Under the pieces are notes generated by a model. The model was given only the letters and a program-made list of their open reading frames with translations. It searched no databases and was not told the origin of the DNA. Both the position numbers and the translations under genes were made by a program. From the IMG/VR virus record IMGVR_UViG_2877263951_000005: a stretch of DNA of 41,232 nt; one strand, 5' to 3'. This stretch comes from a virus (Duplodnaviria; Heunggongvirae; Uroviricota; Caudoviricetes). Below, one piece after another: positions 28,514 through 38,427 of this stretch (within the stretch, counting starts at the first letter, position 1; every line of letters starts with the position of its first letter).

Positions 28514-29332
28514 ATGTGTCAGGTATTTGGTGTATCCAGGAGCGGTTATTACAACTGGGTACAGCATGAACCCTCAGACAGAAAACAAAGTGATGAGCGG
28601 CTAAAACTGGAGATTAAGGTGGCACATATCCGCACTCGCGAAACATATGGAACCCGGCGGCTCCAGACGGAGCTGGCAGAGAATGGCATCATCGTTGGTC
28701 GTGACCGACTGGCACGTCTTCGTAAGGAGCTGAGGCTACGCTGTAAGCAGAAACGCAAGTTCAGAGCGACTACGAACCCGAACCACAATCTGCCAGTTGC
28801 GCCAAATCTGCTGAACCAGACGTTCGCTCCTACAGCACCAAATCAGGTCTGGGTGGCGGACCTGACGTATGTTGCCACACAGGAGGGATGGTTGTACCTC
28901 GCTGGCATCAAAGATGTTTATACGTGTGAAATTGTCGGCTACGCCATGGGAGAGCGCATGACAAAAGAGCTGACAGGTAAAGCCCTGTTTATGGCGCTCA
29001 GGAGCCAGCGCCCACCTGCCGGGCTAATCCACCACTCTGATCGAGGTTCACAGTACTGCGCATACGATTACCGGGTCATACAGGAGCAGTCTGGTCTGAA
29101 AACATCAATGTCGCGTAAAGGTAACTGTTACGACAACGCTCCGATGGAAAGCTTCTGGGGAACGCTGAAAAATGAGAGCCTGAGCCACTATCGTTTTAAT
29201 AACCGGGATGAAGCCACCTCAGTAATACGGGAATACATTGAGATTTTCTACAATCGTCAGCGTCGTCACTCTCGTCTGGGGAATATCTCCCCGGCAGCCT
29301 TCAGGGAAAAATATCATCAGATGGCTGCTTAA
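28514..29332 (+). CDS. IS600 OrfB frame
   Basis: 272 aa. This copy has DEATSVIRE where the others have DEAISVIRE. Confidence 0.9.
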   Translation: MCQVFGVSRSGYYNWVQHEPSDRKQSDERLKLEIKVAHIRTRETYGTRRLQTELAENGIIVGRDRLARLRKELRLRCKQKRKFRATTNPNHNLPVAPNLLNQTFAPTAPNQVWVADLTYVATQEGWLYLAGIKDVYTCEIVGYAMGERMTKELTGKALFMALRSQRPPAGLIHHSDRGSQYCAYDYRVIQEQSGLKTSMSRKGNCYDNAPMESFWGTLKNESLSHYRFNNRDEATSVIREYIEIFYNRQRRHSRLGNISPAAFREKYHQMAA

Positions 29333-29379
29333 AAAAAGAACAAATGGTAGTGTCCGCTATTGCCAGTACACCTCACAGG

Positions 29380-30804
29380 CTACCTCAAGGCAGCCAGTAA
29401 TTTGTCTGCATCGACAGGATTTTTGGGCGGAATGTTTTTCCGGGCTTCATGGAGTTCTGCCCGTAGTTCCTGATATTTCTCATCAACAGAATTTACCTGT
29501 GACTGAGCATCCAGCGGCTGCGTGTTCTGATGATGTTCAGTTGCATCCGGTTCCATTGTTTCAGCCGTTGCCTGTTCATCTGCCATTGCGCCAGATGGCT
29601 GCGTTTTTTCTTCATCATCCTGTTTTCCTTCTTCTGTTACACGTTGCGGCATCGGGGCAGAGGAGCGACCGCAGGCAATATCCACGATTTCCGGATCAGG
29701 GTTGGCATGATCGGTTTCAGTCAGTACCTTGTTCAGATATTCAGTGACGTGAGCGGGGATGACCTCGATACCAATCGGTGCTTCTTTCACTGACGCAACC
29801 ACGATGGCGCGGGAATAATCCATCCCGCCAGGCATGGTGATGAATTTGTCGCGGAAAACAGAAAAGGGCGGTTTATTTTCAGCGATAATTTCCTCGACAC
29901 GTTTAGCGTGTGCCGGATGAAGGTTATAAATGTCCACGTCCATTGAACGAGCCAGTACGCCAGTGGCTACGTCGCGCGCCAGTGACGTCAGATCGTGAAC
30001 GAAACCTTCGCCGCGATCGGTGAGGTTCCCGCCGCCAGCATTAGCGCCGGAAGCCGTGCGCGTGATGCGTGAAACACGATTTCCTTTCATCCACTCTTTT
30101 GTCAGCAGACCGCGATCGGTGTAGTCTGCGTCCATGTATGCTTCGAAAAAAGCAGTCATCAGCCCCAGGCTTGAATTGCCTGGATTAGGGAAAACTCTGT
30201 CAGTATCACGCACCAGTTTGTGGAGATCGCGAATTTCCAGCGGATCGAGCAGGCTGGTTTTGTGGGAAACAGCCAGGGCAGTAACAGCTGGTAGTTCTTC
30301 ATCCCGAGCAATGTGTAATGCCTGGAGTTCGTCGCGTGAAACGTGCGTTACTGGTTTTTCGCTGCCGTGTTGCGCAAGCCAGCGAATGGGCAGTTCCTGA
30401 CCGGAAACTGGCAGGAGCATGTTCTCCTCAATTTCTGTCATGTCTTCGCCGTTGACGTTGGTATTGTCAGTGCTGGCCGGTTTGTCCTGAACAGAGGGAG
30501 AAGATGCGATAAATACCATTGTGATGCCATCTTCCCCGCCTTTTTCGTAACGGTTGCAGAATTCCGTATCAAATACGCCTTCTGGCGGGAGGTCATCAAC
30601 AACGGGCAAATTGACGCGAACAGGTTTTTTAAAGTCATCTTCATCGTAGCCTGCATCGTCAATCGCAACAGCACCACGGGAGATGGCAATGGATAATTTT
30701 TTCGCTTCAGCCCAGTAAAAACCGCCTTTAATACCGAGACGTTTTCTTACTTTGTCATTTTTTGCTTCGTAATACAGTGGGTAAACTTGTTTATCGGTGT
30801 TCAT
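29380..30804 (-). CDS. Large acidic phage early-region protein, family not recognised (C-terminus possibly altered by IS600-derived sequence)
   Basis: 474-aa ORF with RBS ttgaggttaaaaaaca. Its last codons ttg agg tag fall inside the 12-nt IS600-IRL-like sequence at 29376-29387. Confidence 0.55.
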   Translation of the reverse strand: MNTDKQVYPLYYEAKNDKVRKRLGIKGGFYWAEAKKLSIAISRGAVAIDDAGYDEDDFKKPVRVNLPVVDDLPPEGVFDTEFCNRYEKGGEDGITMVFIASSPSVQDKPASTDNTNVNGEDMTEIEENMLLPVSGQELPIRWLAQHGSEKPVTHVSRDELQALHIARDEELPAVTALAVSHKTSLLDPLEIRDLHKLVRDTDRVFPNPGNSSLGLMTAFFEAYMDADYTDRGLLTKEWMKGNRVSRITRTASGANAGGGNLTDRGEGFVHDLTSLARDVATGVLARSMDVDIYNLHPAHAKRVEEIIAENKPPFSVFRDKFITMPGGMDYSRAIVVASVKEAPIGIEVIPAHVTEYLNKVLTETDHANPDPEIVDIACGRSSAPMPQRVTEEGKQDDEEKTQPSGAMADEQATAETMEPDATEHHQNTQPLDAQSQVNSVDEKYQELRAELHEARKNIPPKNPVDADKLLAALR

Positions 30805-30956
30805 TGTTTTTTAACCTCAACTCAGATTAAAATTACTGCGAGTGATGAATAAATGTCCCAGGTTCTTCATTCAGGCCTGCACAGTGTGCAGGCTTTCTTT
30901 TTTTCAGATTTCACCTTTTAATTTCATTGCAATCAGAGTTGGGTAATGACTCCAAC

Positions 30957-31460
30957 TTACTGATAGTGTTTTATGTTCAGATAATGCCCGATGACCTTGT
31001 CATGCAGCTCCACCGATTTTGAGAACGACAGTGACTTCCGTCCCAGCCTTGCCAGATGTTGTCTCAGATTCAGATTATGTCGCTCAATGTGCTGAGTGTA
31101 ACGCTTGCTGATAACGTGCAGCTTTCCCTTCAGGCGTGATTCATACAGCGGCCAGCCATCCGTCATCCATACCACGACCTCAAAGGCCGACAGCAGGCTC
31201 AGAAGACGCTCCAGTGTGGCCAGAGTGCGTTCACCGAAGACGTGCGCCACAACCGTCCTCCGTATCCTGTCATACGCGTAAAACAGCCAGCGCTGACGTG
31301 ATTTAGCACCGACGTAGCCCCAATGTTCGTCCATTTCAGCGCAGACAATCACATCACTGCCCGGTTGTATGCGCGAGGTTACCGACTGCGGCCTGAGTTT
31401 TTTAAGTGACGTAAAACCGTGTTGAGGCCAACGCCCATAATGCGTGCACTGGCGCGACAT
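30957..31460 (-). CDS. insB: IS1 InsB' frame
   Basis: 167 aa. This copy carries the substitutions ...YTQHIERH... and ...LARLGRKS... Confidence 0.9.
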   Translation of the reverse strand: MSRQCTHYGRWPQHGFTSLKKLRPQSVTSRIQPGSDVIVCAEMDEHWGYVGAKSRQRWLFYAYDRIRRTVVAHVFGERTLATLERLLSLLSAFEVVVWMTDGWPLYESRLKGKLHVISKRYTQHIERHNLNLRQHLARLGRKSLSFSKSVELHDKVIGHYLNIKHYQ

Positions 31461-31654
31461 CCGACGCCATTCATGGCCATATCAATGATTTTCTGGTGCG
31501 TACCGGGCTGAGAGGCGGTGTAAGTGAACTGTAGTTGCCATGTTTTACGGCAATGAGAGCAGAGATAGCGCTGATGTCCGGCAGTGCTTTTGCCGTTACG
31601 CACCACGCCTTCAGTAGCGGAGCAGGAAGGACATCTGATGGAAATGGAAGCCAC
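31379..31654 (-). CDS. insA: IS1 InsA
   Basis: Identical 91-aa InsA. Confidence 0.95.
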   Translation of the reverse strand: MASISIRCPSCSATEGVVRNGKSTAGHQRYLCSHCRKTWQLQFTYTASQPGTHQKIIDMAMNGVGCRASARIMGVGLNTVLRHLKNSGRSR

Positions 31655-32029
31655 GCAAGCACCTTAAAATCACCATCATACACTAAATCAGTAAGTTGGC
31701 AGCATTACCCAGAGTTGCCAGAAATTCGGCTTTTTTTTCTGCGGGCAGATTCTTTCCTATGTGCACCAGACACATTTTTTTTACACCATCGTTAAGTGTT
31801 TTAACGTTGCCTGATGGACCGTCGATATCAACCACAGTGAATGGGGTTTCTTTATTTTCTGTCTTAATCACGTAGCCAATACGCTTTCCTTCCAGATTAA
31901 CCTCGTGAACAATGTCATCAGTAGTTACAACAGTGGCTTCATAACTGGTAATCATGTTTTTCTCCTTAATTAAGGTTGAGCGAATCCCTGCCATTGCTGG
32001 CATAAATTCAGTTTCGGATAGTCAGTTAA

Positions 32030-32206
32030 TTAAAGTTCGTGTGCCATCTGGTCTTTTTCGGCACAGATTTCACTACAATATTTTTTCATTTCCGTCGTTG
32101 GTATAACTCCACGCATGAAATGAAGTGGTCTTGTAATGATTTTGCTTTCTTCAATTTCTTTATTGCAAAGGTGATAAGCACATTTTATTTTCTTAGTCAT
32201 TACCAT
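32030..32206 (-). CDS. 58-aa Cys-rich (zinc-ribbon-like) phage protein
   Basis: [58 protein letters not shown]. Its start overlaps the upstream stop (atggtaatg). Below the track size cutoff. Confidence 0.4.
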   Translation of the reverse strand: MVMTKKIKCAYHLCNKEIEESKIITRPLHFMRGVIPTTEMKKYCSEICAEKDQMAHEL

Positions 32207-32421
32207 GACTCCGCCTTTACAGGTAAACCATCACGACCGAGGAAGACTTTAATCATGCAGTCAGAAATGCATGTTTTTGTAGTCAGGCTACGAATATAAA
32301 GTTTTCGCTTTTTAATATTGTTTGCCGAGGCGATATATGTCCGACCTTCATGAAGAACATAATCGCCAGGAGTCACACACTGACGTGGTATTTCATCAGT
32401 TCCGAAGTGATGAGCAATCAT
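32200..32421 (-). CDS. Hypothetical phage protein (73 aa)
   Basis: RBS taaggagg 6 nt upstream of the ATG. No family recognised. Confidence 0.5.
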   Translation of the reverse strand: MIAHHFGTDEIPRQCVTPGDYVLHEGRTYIASANNIKKRKLYIRSLTTKTCISDCMIKVFLGRDGLPVKAESW

Positions 32422-32497
32422 GGAAGCCTCCTTAATAAACAGTCTTACAAAGGAAATCTCAGGAAAGTTATTTAATACTTAGCAGCTGGATTTGCCC

Positions 32498-33403
32498 CTA
32501 TATTTCCAGACATCTGTTATCACTTAACCCATTACAAGCCCGCTGCCGCAGATATTCCCGTGGCGAGCGATAACCCAGCGCACTATGCGGATGCCATTCG
32601 TTATAATGCTCGAACGCCTCTGCAAGGTTCTTTGCTGCCGTTAACCCGTCTGGTTTGGGCATGATACTGATGTAGTCACGCTTTATCGTTTTCACGAAGC
32701 TCTCTGCTATTCCGTTACTCTCCGGACTCCGCACCGCCGTGTTCTTCGGTTCAAGTCCCAACATCCGGGCGAACTGGCGTGTTTCATTATCCCGGTAGCA
32801 TGAACCATTATCCGTCAGCCACTCCACTGGAGACGACGGAAGATCGTTGCCGAAGCGGCGTTCCACTGCTCCCAGCATGACGTCCTGTACTGTTTCACTG
32901 TTGAAGCCGCCGGTAGTCACCGCCCAGTGCAGTGCCTCACGATCACAGCAGTCCAGCGCGAACGTGACACGCAGTCTCTCTCCGTTATCACAGCAGAACT
33001 CGAACCCGTCAGAGCACCATCGCTGATTGCTTTCTTTCACGGCCACTCTGCCTGTATGTGCCCGTTTCGATGGCGGTACAGCAGGTTTTCGCTCAAGCAA
33101 CAGCGCATTCTGGCGCATGAGCCGGTAAACACGTTTGGCATTGATCGCAGGCATACCATCAAGTTCTGCCTGTCTGCGAAGCAGCGCCCATACCCGACGA
33201 TAACCATACGTGGGCAGCTCTCCGATAACATGGTGTATACGGAGAAGCACATCCGTATCATCAGTGTGACGACTGCGGCGGCCATCCATCCAGTCATCGG
33301 TTCGTCTGAGAATGACGTGCAACTGCGCACGCGACACCCGGAGACAACGGCTGACTAAGCTTACTCCCCATCCCCGGGCAATAAGGGCGCGTGCGCTATC
33401 CAC
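32498..33403 (-). CDS. insD: IS2 OrfB (InsD)
   Basis: 301-aa full-length DDE transposase frame. Confidence 0.92.
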
Positions 33404-33726
33404 TTTTTTGCCCGTCCATATTCAACGGCTTCTTTGAGGAGTTCATTTTCCATCGTTTTCTTGCCGAGCAGGCGCTGGAGTTCTTTAATCTGCTTCATGG
33501 CGGCAGCAAGTTCAGAGGCAGGAACAACCTGTTCTCCGGCGGCCACAGCAGTAAGACTTCCTTCCTGGTATTGCTTACGCCAGAGAAATAGCTGGCTGGC
33601 TGCTACACCATGTTGCCGGGCAACGAGGGAGACCGTCATCCCCGGTTCAAAGCTCTGCTGAACAATTGCGATCTTTTCCTGTGTGGTACGCCGTCTGCGT
33701 TTCTCCGGCCCTAAGACATCAATCAT
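33361..33726 (-). CDS. insC: IS2 OrfA (InsC)
   Basis: 121 aa starting MIDVLGPEK. Confidence 0.92.
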
Positions 33727-35129
33727 CTGTTCTCCAATGACTAGTCTAAAAACTAGTATTAAGACTATCACTTAAATAAGTGATACTGGTTGTCTGGAGA
33801 TTCAGGGGCCAGTCTAGCAGCTGCTCTACGGTCATATTTTTAATTGCGCTCCGGTTTACAAGAGCCCACCCCTGTTTTTCCAGATAAAACTGGAAAGTAT
33901 CCAGGGTACAGACCAGTGCACCGTCAGGAACAGTTTCGGTGAATCTGATATTGCCGTGTTCGTCGAAGTGCACAACCAGAGTGCGACCGTTACCCGGAAT
34001 CATCTTGTCAGCGGACGGGGTATTATTCTGGTGCAGTTCTGCCTCCATGCGGTCGAACATCAGCGATGTAGGCCTCTTTGAATGCAGCGGCTTTTTTCCC
34101 AGTGAAGCCCATCACCAGGAAAACGAAGCCGTTTTTGGTGATTTGGTACATTGGGCGTTTTTCGCCTTTGGTGTCGGTGTAGGTGACGTCCTCAAAATTG
34201 AGGGCGTTAAATTCAGGTGAGCATTCAGTATTTGCGATGGCACGTAACACATTGTCGTGTCGTTTGTGGAAGAACTCTGCAACCGCAACAGACGTAGTGA
34301 CAGCGCGACCGTTTTCGATGGTTACGTCAGGGTGAGAAAGGGCAGGGATAGTAGCCATGATGGCATCCTCGAGTGATAAGTTAATTAACTCACCACCGAG
34401 GTTTTCCACGACCATAAGGGTGGTGAGACGTACAGGGGTGGAAATACCGGTCACTCGAGAACCCGGCCAGTCTTGCGACTGCCCTGCACATCCCACCATA
34501 ATTTGAATGGAGCTGTGCATTACGCATAAAAAAACCGCTTCAGCGCGGCTATGCGCTCGAGTAACGTTCGGGTTTCCACGCCCGGCCCCCGTTTTATGAG
34601 GTGCAGATGCACTATAATTCCACCCGTTCTGGTTTTCAATAGCTACATTCAACATTTTCTCTTACCTTTCATCACCGAAGTGAACTTTGTTGATGCGGTG
34701 CCTGGTGCCTCCAGGTGACGTTAACCAGTTAACAATTAACGCCGGATACAGGGAAACCCATAACCACCCGATACGTGGGAACTAATCGCTTTTTAACTGT
34801 TCCGCGTGCGCTCAGCCGCATTCACCGCATCACAAAATTCACTTTAAAAAGGGCGGACATCAGCCAGCAATGAAACTGATGCCGCCAAAGGTACCAATCA
34901 ACATGGAGTGTTGTGGCGTGGTTGTCACTTAAGCGTATGGTCAACCTGACAACCCGGTGTCCTCAACGGGGAAGGAATAACTCCGCCATACTTACCGCCG
35001 CGTCATTTCGCGTTGTGTGCCTGCTTTTAACTACGTCAGGCGAGGTGGTTCCTGTTATTCCCCAACAACAAGAAATTTGTATAATCTGAATACCCCAACA
35101 ATAAGAAGAGTGAGCAAGTGATGTATTAG

Positions 35130-35190
35130 TGAAGTGGCACACTGAATTTGGCCACCTGAACAGAGGTGATATGCTCACCTCAGAACAACA
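35130..35190 (+). mobile_element. Solo IS911 left-end remnant (61 bp)
   Basis: tgaagtggcacactgaatttggccacctgaacagaggtgatatgctcacctcagaacaaca is identical to the IRL end of the full copy (27800-27860, inverted). Confidence 0.9.
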
Positions 35191-35654
35191 GTAAGCGCCC
35201 CATCAGCGACGTCTTGTGAAAATTGTCCTGTCTGGCAACAATCGCGCCCATCTATATTGATGGACACGAACGATGAATTCCCAGACAACAAAAGATATTC
35301 CCTGCTTCCGTTCTTATTTGCCTGATGCCCTGCGTTTAAGATTTGAAGATAAACTGACCATCCGGGCCATCGCTCAGCGTCTGGGTCTCAGTCATTCCAC
35401 AATACATACGCTTTTTCAGCGATTTCTTGCATCCGGTATCGCATGGCCATTGCCCGATTCAGTTTCATTCGCTCAACTTGACGCCATCCTTTATGCCAAC
35501 AGAAAGAAGGAATTAACAGAGCCTCAAATCAGAGAAGGCTCATGGCGAAAAGAACGGCGAACCAGCTATAGCCGTGAATTTAAGGTCCGTCTGGCTAAGC
35601 AGGCGTTACAGCCTGGGGCTGTTGTTGCCCGGATCGCCAGAGAACACGATATCA
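35191..35654 (+). mobile_element. IS66-family element, left-end fragment with truncated tnpA-like ORF
   Basis: It starts with gtaagcgcccc, the GTAAGCG terminus typical of IS66-family IRs. ORF 35273- encodes HTH ...IRAIAQRLGLSHSTIHTLFQRF... and ...RRTSYSREFKVRLAKQALQPGAVVARIAREHDI. Homology ends at 35654. Confidence 0.55.
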
Positions 35655-35822
35655 GGGATTTCAGTGCCCAGTACTCCCACCGGAACGTATATAGCATCCC
35701 CACAATTTTTCATTACGGGATGTTCAGAGCATTCATTACCGGGGTCATATTGCGCCCTGTCCGGGGTGCCGGATGCTCATGTCTCTGGCGCAATGCCCGG
35801 GCTTTTTATTCGCACATCGTGA
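35655..35822 (+). pseudogene. Tail-fibre C-terminal fragment, copy 2
   Basis: Duplicate of 17670-17837 (offset 17985): ...GISVPSTPTGTYIASPQFFITGCSEHSLPGSYCALSGVPDAHVSGAMPGLFIRTS. Confidence 0.7.
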
Positions 35823-35832
35823 GGAATGCACC

Positions 35833-36396
35833 GTGGAAATTAAAAAAATCATTAATCCCCGTTATACCGAAAGTGGCGCAGTAGACTGTGACGTTTTTTT
35901 TGACGACAGGGACCAGGCAGTCCCCTACACAGCCACCGCTGATGATGTCGCTCCGACGGGTCAGCAAATCTGGCAGGAACTGCAAAGCGGCAAATGGGGT
36001 GAGATAGCCCCATTCACTGTGACACCAGAAATGCTGGAAGCGGCCAGAGAGGCCAGACGTCAGGAAATTGAAGCATGGCGCGCAGAACAGGAGGCGAAAC
36101 CGCTCACGTTTGAATGGAACGGTCGTATCTGGAATGCTGGTCCCGATTCACTGGGCCGCCTGTCCCCGGTAGTCATGCTGGCAAAATCTGTCACAGCACA
36201 AACACATATGGCGTGGAGCGATGCCGATAATCAGCAGGTGAAACTGTCGATGCCGGAACTGGAAGAACTGGCGGCAGCAATGGTGCAGGCGCAGGTCGAT
36301 CGCAACGATGAGATTTATCGCCGTCAGCGTGAAATGAAAGAGGAGCTGAGCGGTCTGGATGATTTGGCTTCAATTCGGGCGTTTGACGTTGAGTAA
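35833..36396 (+). CDS. Putative tail-fibre chaperone (DUF4376-like), copy 2
   Basis: Near-identical to 17848-18411 except for the last ~25 codons (…REMKEELSGLDDLASIRAFDVE). Confidence 0.5.
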   Translation: MEIKKIINPRYTESGAVDCDVFFDDRDQAVPYTATADDVAPTGQQIWQELQSGKWGEIAPFTVTPEMLEAAREARRQEIEAWRAEQEAKPLTFEWNGRIWNAGPDSLGRLSPVVMLAKSVTAQTHMAWSDADNQQVKLSMPELEELAAAMVQAQVDRNDEIYRRQREMKEELSGLDDLASIRAFDVE

Positions 36397-36511
36397 TGAA
36401 TAAGCCGCAACTGGCGGAATCACAGAAGACCGCTTTGCTTACCGAAGCGGAGTCTGTCATCCGGCAGCCGGGGCGTGCTGTCAGGCTGAACAGGGAAACG
36501 GATGAATCCGG

Positions 36512-36539
36512 GGAGGCCCGGGGGCGGGCCTCCGTTTTT
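36512..36539 (+). terminator. GC-rich hairpin terminator
   Basis: ggaggccc-gggggc-gggcctcc followed by gttttt. It lies between the tail module and the convergent ipaH gene. Confidence 0.6.
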
Positions 36540-36575
36540 CCGGAGTCAGTCCGGTCTGTGGTTTATGCGATGTGA

Positions 36576-38291
36576 TTATGAATGGTGCAGTTGTGAGCCG
36601 TTTTCAGACAATCGCAGGGCCAGTACCTCGTCAGTCAGCTGACGGTAAATCTGCTGTTCAGTCTCACGCATCACCTGTGCTCCTGCTTCCCTCTCCGCAT
36701 CCGCATCATCGCTCAGACCGGATGCTTTCAGCCGGTCAGCCACCCTCTGAGGGTACTCATTCTCCAGCATCTCATATTTCTGCTCTTCTGCCTGCGCCCA
36801 GCGGTCAGCTTCCGTACGCTTCAGTACAGCATGCCATGGTCCCCAGAGGGAGAACCAGTCCGTAAATTCATTCTCTTCACGGCTTCTGACCATGGCTTCG
36901 GCAGTGCGGAGGTCATTTGCTGTCACTCCCGACACGCCATAGAAACGCATTTCCTTCACGGCAGTGGAGAGCTGAAGTTTCTCTGCGAGCATGGTCTGGA
37001 AGGCCAGGTAGACTTCTATCTCATCCACAAAATGGAGAGTTCTGACTTTATCCCGGGCAATATCCTCCAGAATTTCGAGGCGGAACATTTCCCTGCCCAG
37101 GGAGAGCAGAGCGCCGGTATCATTATCGAAAAGGCCTTCTGATGCCTGATGGACCAGGAGGGTTTTCCGGAGATTGTTCCATGTGAGCGCGACACGGTCC
37201 TCACAGCTTTCAGTGGCATCAGCAGCAACAGCGAAAGACTGCTGTCGAAGCTCTGCAGAGGTACTGAGTTTTTCCAGCCATGCAGCGACCTGTTCACGGA
37301 ATCCGGAGGTATTGCGTGCAGAGACGGTATCGGAAAGGCGGTCAAGGAACGCGGAAAAGGTGTTGGCGTGCTCTTCATGTTCAAAAGCATGCCATATCTG
37401 TGATACATCAGATTGTTTGTTTTCCGGGAACCATGCTGTCACGGCATCAGCCAGGGGGCGATGGAGTGTATTCTGTTGTCCGTCACTCATGGAGAAGTAA
37501 ATCCGTGGGCCGTGGTAGTCCGGTTGGGCGGTTTGTTGCGACAGAGACTCCCTGATCCGTGAGGACAGAGGATTGTCTTCGAGGATGATAGTGCAGGTCG
37601 GATCAAGGCTAAGTATATTTTCCGGAATGTGTGTGATGCGATTCTCGCGGCACCGGAAAAATATCTCGGTTTCCTCTGAGTGATGATTTCTTACAGGTAC
37701 GGCTGGTAGGCTTTCCAGAAGATTAGTACTTACATCGAGCGCTTCCAGTGATTCAGGTAACTCAGGGAGAAATGTCAGCTGGTTATTTCTTACTGAGAGC
37801 ACTTCCAGCGATGTAGGTAATTCAGGAAGCATGGTTAGCTGATTGTTATCTGCATTAATATATTCCAGCAATGCAGGCAATTCAGGAAGCATGGTTAGTT
37901 GGTTGTTATCTACATCAAGATGTTTCAGAGATGCGGGTAATTCAGGAAGTGTTGACAGGCGATTGTCACAGGCGTCAAGGTATTCCAGCGATGCTGGCAA
38001 TTCTGGTAATGATATTAGGGCATTCTGAGTAATTTCCAGAACAGTGATTTGAGGTGGTAAGTTGTCAGGTAGCGAGGACAGATTTAAACGATTCAGTTGA
38101 AGCTCACTGAACTGATTGATGAGACATTCTTTAAGTAGGGAGACCGCTTCATTCCGATTTTCACCGGGGAGCGCTTGTTTTTCCCATTTATCCCATGCTG
38201 AAAAGTAATCAGCATATGTACCGGAAATAGTGTTATAAAAAGAATTTTGGGACAATGAAAAGTTATTATTTATCGGTAACATGATGGACAT
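36576..38291 (-). CDS. ipaH: IpaH-family T3SS effector, LRR plus novel E3 ubiquitin ligase (NEL) domain
   Basis: 571 aa with an N-terminal secretion region and LRR repeats (L..LPELP.SL..L). The conserved C-terminus carries the catalytic Cys in ...ADATESCEDRVALTWN... It is an intact ORF. Confidence 0.95.
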   Translation of the reverse strand: MSIMLPINNNFSLSQNSFYNTISGTYADYFSAWDKWEKQALPGENRNEAVSLLKECLINQFSELQLNRLNLSSLPDNLPPQITVLEITQNALISLPELPASLEYLDACDNRLSTLPELPASLKHLDVDNNQLTMLPELPALLEYINADNNQLTMLPELPTSLEVLSVRNNQLTFLPELPESLEALDVSTNLLESLPAVPVRNHHSEETEIFFRCRENRITHIPENILSLDPTCTIILEDNPLSSRIRESLSQQTAQPDYHGPRIYFSMSDGQQNTLHRPLADAVTAWFPENKQSDVSQIWHAFEHEEHANTFSAFLDRLSDTVSARNTSGFREQVAAWLEKLSTSAELRQQSFAVAADATESCEDRVALTWNNLRKTLLVHQASEGLFDNDTGALLSLGREMFRLEILEDIARDKVRTLHFVDEIEVYLAFQTMLAEKLQLSTAVKEMRFYGVSGVTANDLRTAEAMVRSREENEFTDWFSLWGPWHAVLKRTEADRWAQAEEQKYEMLENEYPQRVADRLKASGLSDDADAEREAGAQVMRETEQQIYRQLTDEVLALRLSENGSQLHHS

Positions 38292-38410
38292 TCAGTTAAA
38301 GCCGATGGACAAATGGCTTTGTTAAAAGAAATAAGTAGGAGTTTTTATGAAGTTCATTCCATGAAATGAACTTCAGCACTTTTTTATTATAAAAGGACAA
38401 ACAAAATTGG

Positions 38411-38427
38411 CTGTAAAAAAACGATAC
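38411..38427 (-). promoter_or_regulatory. MxiE box upstream of ipaH
   Basis: The minus strand reads gtatcgtttttttacag, matching all defined positions of the consensus GTATCGTTTTTTTANAG. It lies 120 nt upstream of the ipaH ATG. Confidence 0.85.

Larger units (their letters stand above)
28112..29375 (+). mobile_element. IS600 copy 3 (1264 bp), no TSD
   Basis: Complete ends. The flanks ctc and cag differ. The right end abuts a 12-nt inverted copy of the IS600 left terminus. Confidence 0.95.
30942..31709 (-). mobile_element. IS1 copy 4 (768 bp), simple insertion
   Basis: Complete ends, with an 8-bp TSD cagagttg at 30934-30941 and 31710-31717. Confidence 0.95.
30904..31955 (-). pseudogene. Small phage protein (~91 aa) split by IS1 copy 4
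   Basis: MITSYEATVVTTDDIVHEVNLEGKRIGYV...AEKKAEFLATL (31955-31710) continues after the IS as IAMKLKGEI-stop (to 30904). Strong RBS aaggagaaaaac. Confidence 0.6.
32487..33816 (-). mobile_element. IS2, complete copy (1330 bp), simple insertion
   Basis: Ends are tggatttgcccctatatttccagaca... and ...ggagattcaggggccagtcta. A 5-bp TSD gcagc lies at 32482-32486 and 33817-33821. Confidence 0.95.
32468..34358 (-). pseudogene. Rha-family phage regulatory protein, frameshifted and then split by IS2
   Basis: MATIPALSHPDVTIENGRAVTTSVAVAEFFHKRHDNVLRAI...GFTGKKAAAFKEAYIA. A frameshift near 34062 then leads into (M)FDRMEAELHQNN...MTVEQLL. IS2 lies 4 codons before the stop (SIK-stop at 32468-32470). Confidence 0.75.

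Noticed and set aside
34359-34655. The N-terminal 99 codons of track ORF 34023-34655 (MLNVAIENQNGWNYSASAPHK...) as part of the Rha protein.
   Set aside because: The Rha homology and a good RBS (gagga) start at MATIPAL (34358). The extension crosses a terminator-like hairpin and has no protein-like features.
35273-35884. The 203-aa ORF as a single intact protein.
   Set aside because: It is a chimera of an IS66-family tnpA fragment and an out-of-frame tail-fibre/chaperone duplicate joined at 35654/35655.
36572-37555. Plus-strand ORFs overlapping ipaH (36572-36865, 36831-37142, 37149-37555, 37843-38028).
   Set aside because: They are antisense to the intact, well-recognised ipaH gene, and they lack RBS and family features.
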